64,000 nucleotides of DNA, taken from contig NZ_MWQY01000021.1 of assembly GCF_002087085.1 (NCBI RefSeq), positions 1 through 64,000 on the forward strand. Reading direction: 5' to 3'. Under the pieces are notes generated by a model. That model did not search any database and was not told the DNA's origin. It saw only the letters and a program-made list of their open reading frames with translations. Below, in pieces: positions 21,039 to 29,766 of the stretch (position 1 is its first letter; every line of letters begins with the position of its first letter). The position numbers were made by a program, and so were the translations under genes.

Positions 21039-22250
21039 ATGGTGTATGAATACAGCTCCAACGAAGAAAAGCTGATTATAGCTCTTCTTAATAGAAACAA
21101 TGTCTCTGCTCTCGACATTGCCGAAAACACAACCCTGAATACACGAAAACTGGTATCCATGGCTGACCGGCACATGGTTTTCCCCCTCATTCTTGATCGC
21201 CTTTTCCACCTTCCTCTTCAGAATATCCCCGCTGATGAACTCTTCCCGAAGGGCAGAAGAATCATAATCGCTGCTGCTGCAGTCAATATGAAACTCCGCA
21301 GTGAACTTTCTCGTACTACTCGTATTCTGGGAAAAGAAGGGATCAGCTTTCTTCTGATAAAGGGTTTCGCCGTCGACAAGAATCCGCTTCGTAAAACCAA
21401 CGATATTGATATTCTCATTCACAGGGAAGATCTCCACAGGACTGTAGCCCTTCTCGAAAAAGCCGGCTATAACTATACCGGAAGCGGGGTTATGTCAGCA
21501 AAAGAAATACAAAACCCCTTCGGCACCCTTGACTGGAACAACCAGTTTCAGTTCGAAACTCCCTCCGGTGGAGTCAGCCTCGAAGTGCACACAAATCTTT
21601 TTGAAAGGGACAGAATACGCCTCGAAAAACTCGACAAGTTTCTGGATAATGTGGATCTCTTCTGGAAAGAAAGCCGTTTTGACGAAGAACTCGGATGCAG
21701 TATCCCCTCCACGGAAGCCACACTGGCGCTCTTATGCGTCCATTCGTCAACAAAGAGATCCCCGGCACACAATACCTATATAGCACGGCACGCCTACGAC
21801 ATACTGCAAACCCTCAAGTGTGGTGTAGACCAGAGCCGTTTCATCTCGCTGTGCACTTCCTGGGGTCTGGAATACTACGCCTATACTGCTTTATACCTGA
21901 CATCCTTGTGTCTGAATACTGACGCTCCCCTGAATGCAGCAGCACCACTTGAAGATTTACTTTCAAAAAGATGTAAACGTCTCGCGGATATACACCTGAA
22001 ATGCTTTCGCGGCCTTGGGCATGCGTCTTTTTTCTATCGGATGCTTTTTGCTCTTCTTATGCCGATGGCTATTGGCGGAAACCTTCGCAAAATTCTCAGG
22101 CACTATCGTCTTATTGTTTTTCCGCCTCTATGGCAGCAGGAAAACCTCTTTGGCGTAAGGCGTGACTCGGCGGCTATATACCTGACGTATCTGTACGGAC
22201 CCTTTGTACGCGCCTTTGTTATTATGAAGCGCTGGTTATCAGATGGCTGA
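21039..22250 (+). CDS. Nucleotidyltransferase (NTP_transf_5 type), lasso-cluster associated
   Basis: LLIKG, RKTNDIDILI, LEVH motifs; this family occurs in paeninodin/pseudomycoidin-type clusters. Confidence 0.8.
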   Translation: MVYEYSSNEEKLIIALLNRNNVSALDIAENTTLNTRKLVSMADRHMVFPLILDRLFHLPLQNIPADELFPKGRRIIIAAAAVNMKLRSELSRTTRILGKEGISFLLIKGFAVDKNPLRKTNDIDILIHREDLHRTVALLEKAGYNYTGSGVMSAKEIQNPFGTLDWNNQFQFETPSGGVSLEVHTNLFERDRIRLEKLDKFLDNVDLFWKESRFDEELGCSIPSTEATLALLCVHSSTKRSPAHNTYIARHAYDILQTLKCGVDQSRFISLCTSWGLEYYAYTALYLTSLCLNTDAPLNAAAPLEDLLSKRCKRLADIHLKCFRGLGHASFFYRMLFALLMPMAIGGNLRKILRHYRLIVFPPLWQQENLFGVRRDSAAIYLTYLYGPFVRAFVIMKRWLSDG

Positions 22251-22275
22251 TAAAAATCTTTTCCTCATCAAGCGT

Positions 22276-23727
22276 TTATAAATCTCTGCGCACTATAACG
22301 TAGTACACTCCTCCCTGAAGTTTAACATCAAAGCTTATACTTTCACTCCCAGGTAAAGGGGCTCCTACAGAGACAAGGCGCCCAGCAATATTATAAAGAT
22401 ACATTCCTATACCGGCCTCGTTTTCCGGAATCTCCAAAGAGATTTCCATAACTCCTGCATCCGCGTGTATTTGCCAGCAATGAGAAAAACTCCCCTCCTC
22501 TATCCTGCGGGCAGCGAAACCAGTAATGTTTTCATAGAGATTTATTCCGAAGGACAGTGCCGCCACAGGGTCGATGAGACCCTTTCCGTAGTACGGGTCC
22601 GTGTAAGGTTCTCCGAGGTCCACAGCGGTATTCTCCATAGCAGCTCGGATCTCAGCAGGAGAAAGCGAAGGTTGAGCAGACTTCAGTAGCGCTGCGAGGG
22701 CAGAAACATGGGGTGCTGCCTGCGAGGTACCCGCAAGGTACCAGAAATCTTCATTCCCGTATTGAACTGCCGGTAAAGGTACATAAATTACTGTATGCTG
22801 CAGGATCGCATCCCGCAGTCCGTCACCTACTACATTTGCCGTTGAGCCGCCTCCGGGTGCCACGACATCCAGTTCAGGACCGTAATTGGAATATTCCGTC
22901 CGGTTGCCTGCGAAATCAACTGCACCGACGGCTACAACTTCCTCAAACGCTGCAGGATACCGGACACTATCGTTGTTGTTGCCCGCTGCAGCTACAATAG
23001 TGACGCCCATGGAAACGGCGTTCTGAATGGCCGTATGAAGACCTTCCATGCCCTCCGGAGTTACAGCTTCGGGGTCCCCAATGCTGAGATTAATAATATC
23101 GGCGCCGTTGGAAGCAGCCCAATCAATCCCTTGAGCAATAAGGTCGCTGCTGCTCATCATATCGTTTTGAATGACCTTGACCGGCATTAAACTCACCCCG
23201 AAGGCCATCCCGGCAGTACCAAAGGCATTGTTCGTCGCCTGTGCTATTGTGCCAGCAACGTGGGTACCGTGTCCGATAGAATCCGAAGTGTCACCGTTGT
23301 TGTCAACGATGTTTCTTCCAGTAACAAAATTTACCCCGTTAAAATCCGGGAGTTCTTGATTTATACCCGTATCAAGAACAGCAACCACAACGCTGGGGTC
23401 TCCTGTTACAGAAGCCCAGACTGCCGGCATTTCGAGATGCTGCAGGTTCCACTGCTCATTATACAGTGTATCGTCGGGAGTAGAATCAATATCCGGGTTG
23501 TATACCGGGCCGTTATAAGGATCAAAATCAACCCCAGGACTATCTGAAACAGGAACAAAATTGTCTAGGAATTTCGAAAACCAGGTACCCGACAGTGTAT
23601 ATGAGGATGTGTCTGTTAGAACATCCGACTCAATTTTATCCGAATCAAGGCTGCAGGAAATAAAGTAAAAAAACTCAATAAAAAAAAAGAGGTATGTAAT
23701 TACAGTTGAATACCTGGTATTAATCAC
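22276..23727 (-). CDS. Subtilisin-like S8 serine protease, probable lipoprotein, with a C-terminal beta domain
   Basis: Catalytic triad VAVLDTG / HGTHVAG / GTSQAAPHV; AAAGN oxyanion site; FIS-C lipobox-like. Confidence 0.9.
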   Translation of the reverse strand: MINTRYSTVITYLFFFIEFFYFISCSLDSDKIESDVLTDTSSYTLSGTWFSKFLDNFVPVSDSPGVDFDPYNGPVYNPDIDSTPDDTLYNEQWNLQHLEMPAVWASVTGDPSVVVAVLDTGINQELPDFNGVNFVTGRNIVDNNGDTSDSIGHGTHVAGTIAQATNNAFGTAGMAFGVSLMPVKVIQNDMMSSSDLIAQGIDWAASNGADIINLSIGDPEAVTPEGMEGLHTAIQNAVSMGVTIVAAAGNNNDSVRYPAAFEEVVAVGAVDFAGNRTEYSNYGPELDVVAPGGGSTANVVGDGLRDAILQHTVIYVPLPAVQYGNEDFWYLAGTSQAAPHVSALAALLKSAQPSLSPAEIRAAMENTAVDLGEPYTDPYYGKGLIDPVAALSFGINLYENITGFAARRIEEGSFSHCWQIHADAGVMEISLEIPENEAGIGMYLYNIAGRLVSVGAPLPGSESISFDVKLQGGVYYVIVRRDL

Positions 23728-25562
23728 ACGACTTCTCTTTCCTGATAATTCCTCGCCTGAGTTTCGAATAGTTCAGCATAGATACCACCCTCAGAGAGGA
23801 GCTCTTCGTGAGTACCACTCTCAACTATGCGACCCGAGTTAAGCACAAAGATTCTGTCTGCCATCCTCACCGTGGACATTCTGTGACTGATAAGAAGAGC
23901 TGTCCGGCCATCGAGAATATCCCTGAAACCGCTGAACAGTTCGAATTCCGCTCGGGGATCCATTGAACTGGTTGGTTCGTCAAGAACAACCACAGGGGCA
24001 TCGCGGAAGAATGCTCGTGCAAGAGCTATTTTCTGCCATTGTCCGATACTGAGTTCACTTCCCTTATCAAAGAAACGACCAAGAACTTCATTATAGCCTT
24101 CGGCAAGCTTCTCTATTTCTTCGTGGATGCCAGCTTTCCTGGCGGCATTTTCGATATCAGGCGAAATCTCAGAATAATCCACGTTACCAAACCAGATATT
24201 ATCCCGCACCGTCAAATTGTAATGGGCGTAATCCTGGAAGATAACTCCAAGCTTTTTTCTCAACTCCTCAGGTTCCATTCCCCGGATATTTGTTCCGTCC
24301 AGGAACACACTGCCCTTATCCGGGTCGTAGAGACGGCAGAGGAGTTTTACCAGTGTTGTTTTACCTGCTCCATTCAAACCCACAAGCGCGGCAACCTCAC
24401 CATGATGGAGACGAAGGTTTACACCGCGCAGGATCTCCTTGTCCGTTCCGGGATAAGTAAACCAGAGATTTTCGAAAGCAATGGCCGCATGTTGATCTTC
24501 AACCTGCTTGGTATGCAGGATGTTTTTTTCAGCAGCGATCCGGGATTTGATGTCAAGAAACTCGTAGAGGTTTGTAAGAAACAGATTGTTCTCGTAGAGC
24601 TTCGCTGCGTTTTCCAGTACCGCCTGAAGAAAGGACTGCCCCCTTTGAAAGGCCTGGTAAAACATGACAAAGGCCCCCAGGGAGATTCTACCCACCAACG
24701 CATCCCGGGCAACCCAGAAGTATGCACCAAACACGAGGACTGTGGAAAACACGTGAGATGCGGCCCCGTATTTGGCAGTTCTGAGATCCAGAGCAAGACG
24801 AATCTTTCGCAGCTCTTTCCTCAAAGCCTGAAAACGCCTGATAAACGTAGGACCAAGGCCGAACATCCTGATTTCTTTCGCGAATTCCCTTCCCACGAGC
24901 ATAAAGTGGTAATACGCAGCCCTGCGCTCCCGGGAGGTATACCTGCGCTCCAGTAGATACTCCCGTTCGGAAAATAGAATACGGATGAACAAAGGCGGTA
25001 ACATGGCGGCAACAAGCAGTAAAAGTACCTGGGGCTTGAAAGAAAAGAGAAGCCAGCCGACCCCGATCAGAGAAATACCGTTCCGAAACAGGGCAGCCAG
25101 GGAGTTTACAATGACCCCGGGCCTGTAAACCGCCTCTTCCTGGGCTCTGTGCAGGGTATCCTGATAGGCGGAGTTCTCGTAGTACTCAAGGTCTACAGCG
25201 GTCGCCTTCTTCTGGATCACATCGTGCATGTGATCTACAACCCGTCTGCTTTGCTCTTTGTTGACAACGAGGCCCAGGGTTCTGGAAATACCGGTCAGCA
25301 GTGCTGCCATGCCGACCGCTGTAAGTACAATAAGCACTTTTCCAGACATAGCTTCAGGACCGGCCGCAACCGTGCCTTCCGCAACAGTATCAACCAGGAC
25401 TTTCAGCAGATAGAGGGTCACAACAGGAAGCATACCCTGAATAAAGAGCAGCACAAGATTCGCAATGGTCCAGCCCCGAGAGCTTTTCCATACGAAACCA
25501 AATGCCCTCTTTACATTGAAAGTTGTAAGTACAACGTCCTTAAGCTTTTCCTGAATTTTCAT
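23724..25562 (-). CDS. ABC exporter, fused TMD plus NBD (lasso cluster D protein)
   Basis: GLNGAGKTT, LSIGQWQK, VVLDEPT, ISHR; ATGA overlap with the kinase stop. Confidence 0.9.
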   Translation of the reverse strand: MKIQEKLKDVVLTTFNVKRAFGFVWKSSRGWTIANLVLLFIQGMLPVVTLYLLKVLVDTVAEGTVAAGPEAMSGKVLIVLTAVGMAALLTGISRTLGLVVNKEQSRRVVDHMHDVIQKKATAVDLEYYENSAYQDTLHRAQEEAVYRPGVIVNSLAALFRNGISLIGVGWLLFSFKPQVLLLLVAAMLPPLFIRILFSEREYLLERRYTSRERRAAYYHFMLVGREFAKEIRMFGLGPTFIRRFQALRKELRKIRLALDLRTAKYGAASHVFSTVLVFGAYFWVARDALVGRISLGAFVMFYQAFQRGQSFLQAVLENAAKLYENNLFLTNLYEFLDIKSRIAAEKNILHTKQVEDQHAAIAFENLWFTYPGTDKEILRGVNLRLHHGEVAALVGLNGAGKTTLVKLLCRLYDPDKGSVFLDGTNIRGMEPEELRKKLGVIFQDYAHYNLTVRDNIWFGNVDYSEISPDIENAARKAGIHEEIEKLAEGYNEVLGRFFDKGSELSIGQWQKIALARAFFRDAPVVVLDEPTSSMDPRAEFELFSGFRDILDGRTALLISHRMSTVRMADRIFVLNSGRIVESGTHEELLSEGGIYAELFETQARNYQEREVV

Positions 25563-26488
25563 GCTCCGTCTCCGAGGCATTCTTCTTTTTCCGACAGCAC
25601 ATAATCTACCCGGGCTGCGACTTCCTGGAGTACATCGAAGCGACGCGGACGGGCAAGACGAAAAACCCGTACTTTGGAGGCGAGATTAGCAATCTCCCTG
25701 AAATAGCGTTCCTGACCAAAAATGGGCAACAGTTGTCCATCGAAAAGGGCTCCGTACCAGTGGGGCAGGAGCGCGCGAACAGCTTTAAACCCCGATAACC
25801 TCTCAATCACAATTTCATCGGCTGTTTCGAGCACAAAAACCGCTTTCAGGAAGGCCTGTGTCGTGATAAAACGGTCGTTTACCGTGCGAGACATCTTTTT
25901 AAACCCGGGGAAAATCATGGAAAGCGTGTCATCTCCGTCTGTCAGAGCCTCGGCGGATTCTGTCCAGAGTTTTGAGCGGGGAAAACCAGGGGAAACCAAG
26001 GGATGTTCGTTATCGAAAGAAACCGCCGTTAGGTCGTCGCTTATCATTCCATACCCTGCATTGTACATGGCGGCGGCCATTGTCGATTTTCCCTCTCCTT
26101 TTACAGCCGCAAAGGCAACAGCAGCTCCTGTAAGGGGACACGCTACCCCTGCAGCGTGGAATACCGCCCATCCCCTTTGTATAAGAAGGACTCCAAGGAC
26201 AGGCCCTGTCAAAACCAGGCGTACAAGGGCTTCATCAACTCCATGCCGGGGAGATATTGTCACCTGCCTTCCTTCCTGTACAAGGAATGAACCAATAGCG
26301 TTCCAGTGCAGAAGAACTCCTCCATTGAAGGGAACCATGAGACGAACGTTCTCCCCCTCGGGACAACCGGGAGGAGGGGCAAGCTCTCTCGTCAGCATGA
26401 TCACATCCGGTTCTCCCTGGGTGGGAGAAAATTCCGGTATATGTATATCTGATCCGATGCGTAACCCGAATGCGGTGGAATAGTACAT
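25559..26488 (-). CDS. HPr-kinase-like lasso peptide kinase (PadeK/ThcoK type)
   Basis: MYYSTAFGLRIGSD, FHAAGV, KGEGKST, ISDD; AGAGGA RBS; directly downstream of the precursor. Confidence 0.8.
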   Translation of the reverse strand: MYYSTAFGLRIGSDIHIPEFSPTQGEPDVIMLTRELAPPPGCPEGENVRLMVPFNGGVLLHWNAIGSFLVQEGRQVTISPRHGVDEALVRLVLTGPVLGVLLIQRGWAVFHAAGVACPLTGAAVAFAAVKGEGKSTMAAAMYNAGYGMISDDLTAVSFDNEHPLVSPGFPRSKLWTESAEALTDGDDTLSMIFPGFKKMSRTVNDRFITTQAFLKAVFVLETADEIVIERLSGFKAVRALLPHWYGALFDGQLLPIFGQERYFREIANLASKVRVFRLARPRRFDVLQEVAARVDYVLSEKEECLGDGA

Positions 26489-26585
26489 GGTTCCTCTTGT
26501 CACTTTTTATACATGGCAGGCTGGCGGGAAGGGCTCACAGCCCCTAAAAAATGTAATGAAAAAGAACGATTAGAAAATAAGCGCG

Positions 26586-26606
26586 CCGGCTAATTGTATC
26601 AGCCGG
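26586..26606 (-). terminator. Short stem-loop overlapping the precursor stop codon (possible stabiliser or weak terminator)
   Basis: CCGGCT-N9-AGCCGG, followed on the minus strand by CGCGCTTATTTTCT. Confidence 0.3.
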
Positions 26607-26721
26607 ACACACCCCAGGAAAAGATCCAGAAGCTGTCTGAGTTTCCTCTCCAGCCTTCCCCACGGGTCAGTTCGGCGATATCACCGAGAATGACCAATTG
26701 GGGCGATTCATATTTTTTCAT
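26599..26721 (-). CDS. Lasso peptide precursor A, 40 aa: MKKYESPQLVILGDIAELTR-GEGWRGNSDSFWIFSWGVSG
   Basis: Hand-translated, not in the ORF track; GGAGG RBS; leader YxxPxL...G...T(-2); core Gly1 with Asp9 acceptor; lies between cyclase and kinase. Confidence 0.93.
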   Translation of the reverse strand: MKKYESPQLVILGDIAELTRGEGWRGNSDSFWIFSWGVSG

Positions 26722-26756
26722 AAATACCTCCGAAAAAAAGAACTTTTATAAATTTG

Positions 26757-28805
26757 TTATTCAACAGCAGAATACTGTGAGCCCTTCCCGCCAGGCTGCT
26801 TTGAATTACCATTTTTCATCCAGCGGTCCAGAACCGCTGCTTGCCATATATTGGTGATAACAGTGTCTTTATCCTGCCCGCCCCCATTCTTGAAGTCTCC
26901 CAAAGTTTCCTTGAGACGTTCCTGGTTCATAAAATGCTTGGCATTATTCGAAAGATACTCTGTAAGACCAAGAATGCGGGAGCTTTCAAAACGCTTAAGC
27001 CCTTGCCGAAGAACATCAGCAAGATCCCCCTTACCTGAACGGGTCCTTATTTCCTCCGGAAGAATCCCCTTAAGGGACTCACGGAGTATATATCTGCTGA
27101 CTCCATTCCGCAGCTTGAGATGCGGGGGAACGGAAAGACAAAACTCTGCAAGTCGGGCATCGCAGAAAGGATGACGTACCTCTATATCATAATAGGAGGC
27201 CATTCTATCCAGGCATTCCAGCGTATAAGGAAGAGCACCGGAAGTCAGCCTGTCGTAATGACTCTGCCGGAGATGTGCAGGGAAACGGGATGATCGGTAA
27301 CGATTGTCTATCTCCTGGAGTTTATCTTTTACCCTGTACTTGGCTGCAAGCCCGACATCCATAATACCCGTGTCGAAAACGGAAGATTTTTTACCGTACG
27401 AAATCAACGCCTTAAGCCCGTGGTCTATCAGCAGCTGTTTTCGGGAATACCCGAATAATCGATGTATATGCCGAAGGGCATGAAAATATTTGATCCACTG
27501 TCCGGTTTTCGCAAGGTATTCCAGGTAAGGAATACCGTGGGCCTTGAGCATTCCTGTCTTCGAAGCATACGTGCGGCTGTTATCAAAGGCACGAACAACC
27601 GCCTCGCATTCTTCCGCAAAGATTTGCCAGGAACCGCTCTGAACGAGCTGCAGAAGAAAATCGATTCCGTGTGAGACCGTTGTGTCTCCGTCCTCTCCGT
27701 CGAGGATAATTTTTACCCCGTCATCCCTTGCTGCTCGATAAATATCCAGATGTATAAAATAATTCGCTCCGTAAAACGGCCCATCATGAAGCCATATCAT
27801 AGCGTCCAGGTCCGATAGAGGACTTCTCTGATCAGGGTGGACTTTCCTGCTCACGACCCCCTGGCGATCATGTAAAGCAGCGTCTATCCAATGGCGTTCG
27901 TCCGCGGAAGGTACACTATCGAAAACCGCTGAGTACGTAAAAAGCGGCAGCCGGCTCTGCTTTTCGAGAATATCACGGGAAGCACATGCAATGGATGAGG
28001 AATCGAGTCCTCCGCTCAGGGTGCAACCGATCTTCGATTTTCCCCGGAGCCGGTTTTCGACCGAACGGAGGAAGACGTCCTTAAACGCATCGAAATACTC
28101 TTTTTCAGAGGAGTATTCCGCTTCCCGGTACGGGTCGAGTTTCCAGTAGTGCTCTTTGTGAATAGACTCACGGGAAACAAGGACACGGTGTGCCGGCTCC
28201 AGGCGTTTTACACTCCGGTACATTGTTATTGTTTTGTCCCCAAGAAGAAGTTCAGGGAAAAAGTGTACGCATATTCGTTCTTCGTTTATATCCTCTGGGA
28301 CTTCCGTCAGAGCAATCAGTGCTTTGGGTTCAGACGCAAAGGCGAAAATATGGTCGGAACTATAAAGACACAAGGGCTTCACACCAAAATGGTCTCGGGC
28401 GCAGAACAGGGTTTTCGTGCGTATGTCCCAGACAGCAAATGTGAAATCACCATAGAAATGATCTACGCATGATGTACCCCACCGGCGGTATGCAGCAAGT
28501 ACAATCTGGCCATCAGTGACATTTGCACCAAAACATTCAGCGGGGTCTAAAGCTGCGGTTATTTCAGTCCGATTGTCCAGTCGAATATCTCCGACTAAAT
28601 ACAGGTTGTCATCTTTGAGAAGCGTGCCGCCAAAGGTCTCTTCGATGGAATTTGAAGAAAATCCAAAAGCGAAAGCTACGGGACCATCAGATATTGACTG
28701 GATACCCTTTCCACAGCGATGAGGCATGGACAGGATCATGTTCTCTACCGTTTCCGTCTGCGCAGGTCTGCCATCCCGGTAGAATAATCCTGCTATTCCG
28801 CTCAG
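26757..28805 (-). CDS. Lasso peptide cyclase C (asparagine-synthetase-like), probable CTG start
   Basis: In-frame extension gives (M)SGIAGLFYRDG; RLDNR, RDHFGVKPL, LSGGLDSSS, DGEDGD, RHPFCD; no Cys2 nucleophile. Confidence 0.9.
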   Translation of the reverse strand: MSGIAGLFYRDGRPAQTETVENMILSMPHRCGKGIQSISDGPVAFAFGFSSNSIEETFGGTLLKDDNLYLVGDIRLDNRTEITAALDPAECFGANVTDGQIVLAAYRRWGTSCVDHFYGDFTFAVWDIRTKTLFCARDHFGVKPLCLYSSDHIFAFASEPKALIALTEVPEDINEERICVHFFPELLLGDKTITMYRSVKRLEPAHRVLVSRESIHKEHYWKLDPYREAEYSSEKEYFDAFKDVFLRSVENRLRGKSKIGCTLSGGLDSSSIACASRDILEKQSRLPLFTYSAVFDSVPSADERHWIDAALHDRQGVVSRKVHPDQRSPLSDLDAMIWLHDGPFYGANYFIHLDIYRAARDDGVKIILDGEDGDTTVSHGIDFLLQLVQSGSWQIFAEECEAVVRAFDNSRTYASKTGMLKAHGIPYLEYLAKTGQWIKYFHALRHIHRLFGYSRKQLLIDHGLKALISYGKKSSVFDTGIMDVGLAAKYRVKDKLQEIDNRYRSSRFPAHLRQSHYDRLTSGALPYTLECLDRMASYYDIEVRHPFCDARLAEFCLSVPPHLKLRNGVSRYILRESLKGILPEEIRTRSGKGDLADVLRQGLKRFESSRILGLTEYLSNNAKHFMNQERLKETLGDFKNGGGQDKDTVITNIWQAAVLDRWMKNGNSKQPGGKGSQYSAVE

Positions 28806-29269
28806 AACAGTACTCCTTCGATTCCCTCGAACAATTTGAAATCCTTAATGCCGGGGATATCTCCAACTACTATTTTCCCGTCCGATTCAAGCCAGGCGTG
28901 GGCGGTAAAATCCGATCCACTTGAACGAACGGCACCTATACGGAGAACCGTGTTATAGCCATAACGGGCAAAAAGGATTCGGCCGGCCAGGGCTTTTGGC
29001 AGACAGTCACAGTTTCCATGAAATATACCGGAACAGCGTTCAACAGCAAGACTAATATCATCTGCAGAAATCTTCACATTGCTGACGGATTTTCTTTTTT
29101 CTGCCAATTTGTTGACATTGGAAAGAACAGTTTTAAAAGGTTTTTTCCTGAGAGACTTCCGGACCCGACTAAGCCACAACCAGGAACTAAGAAATAAGTA
29201 TTTTTCCGCCGAAGTAAGCAGGAAAAATTTTTTAAACCTTTCGATCGACAATTTCAATAAGACCTTCAT
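28802..29269 (-). CDS. Lasso leader peptidase B2 (transglutaminase-like)
   Basis: CLPKALA (catalytic Cys), LRIGA, FTAHAWLE (His). Confidence 0.9.
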   Translation of the reverse strand: MKVLLKLSIERFKKFFLLTSAEKYLFLSSWLWLSRVRKSLRKKPFKTVLSNVNKLAEKRKSVSNVKISADDISLAVERCSGIFHGNCDCLPKALAGRILFARYGYNTVLRIGAVRSSGSDFTAHAWLESDGKIVVGDIPGIKDFKLFEGIEGVLF

Positions 29270-29516
29270 CCTTGAGTTTTTCCAGTAAAGCCTGGATATC
29301 TGGTGAACAAACTTTTAAACTAACGTCAAATTCCTCAGTAACTGCATCACAAAGGTTGCGCACAAGCACCGGAGTGGTCATGAGTTTCCACACGAATGCA
29401 CCAACCTCGTTAAGTCCAAAATAGATGCCCCTCTCGACATGCATTAAAACGGCCTCGCCATCCAGCTGTGTGGCTAAAACACCATCGTGTGCCTTTACTT
29501 TCGTTTCCAAATCCAT
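29232..29516 (-). CDS. Lasso B1, PqqD-family RiPP recognition element
   Basis: LDGEAVLM, YFGLNEVGAFVWKL, EFDV, DIQALLEKLKDEGLI. Confidence 0.92.
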   Translation of the reverse strand: MDLETKVKAHDGVLATQLDGEAVLMHVERGIYFGLNEVGAFVWKLMTTPVLVRNLCDAVTEEFDVSLKVCSPDIQALLEKLKDEGLIEIVDRKV

Positions 29517-29766
29517 TTTTAAACCTTTTTTTAAGATTAATAGTCCTGAAGAATCCCTTCCATTATGGTTCTATCCATAGAGCTCCAGAACGCTGTAAAT
29601 CAACTTCATTCCTCACATAGAACACAGACAAATATCATCGATTTTTCAATCGACGTTTTGTCGTATTCTCTGAGGAAAATCGTCCGACCTTCCGATGCCG
29701 CCGAAACAGGCTATCCAGGCCATTATGTAAGGTACATACAACGGGAAGTCCTATCCCGCAGTATGC

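Larger units (their letters stand above)
26516..26799. repeat. 25-bp inverted repeat (arms 26516-26540 and 26775-26799) bracketing the lasso precursor gene
   Basis: Left arm GCAGGCTGGCGGGAAGGGCTCACAG; right arm CTGTGAGCCCTTCCCGCCAGGCTGC; 24/25 complementary with a 20-bp perfect core; 234-bp spacer. Confidence 0.9.

Noticed and set aside
26594..26857. 87-aa plus-strand ORF over the precursor region
   Set aside because: Antisense to the lasso precursor, which has an RBS and the diagnostic leader.
26757..28805. Calling this gene a housekeeping asparagine synthetase
   Set aside because: Ser replaces the Cys2 nucleophile, and it is flanked by B1, B2 and a precursor.
29517..29766. Second lasso precursor upstream of B1
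   Set aside because: The short minus-strand ORFs I found (MKLIYSVLELYG; MAWIACFGG…) lack YxxP/Thr(-2) and a ring acceptor.
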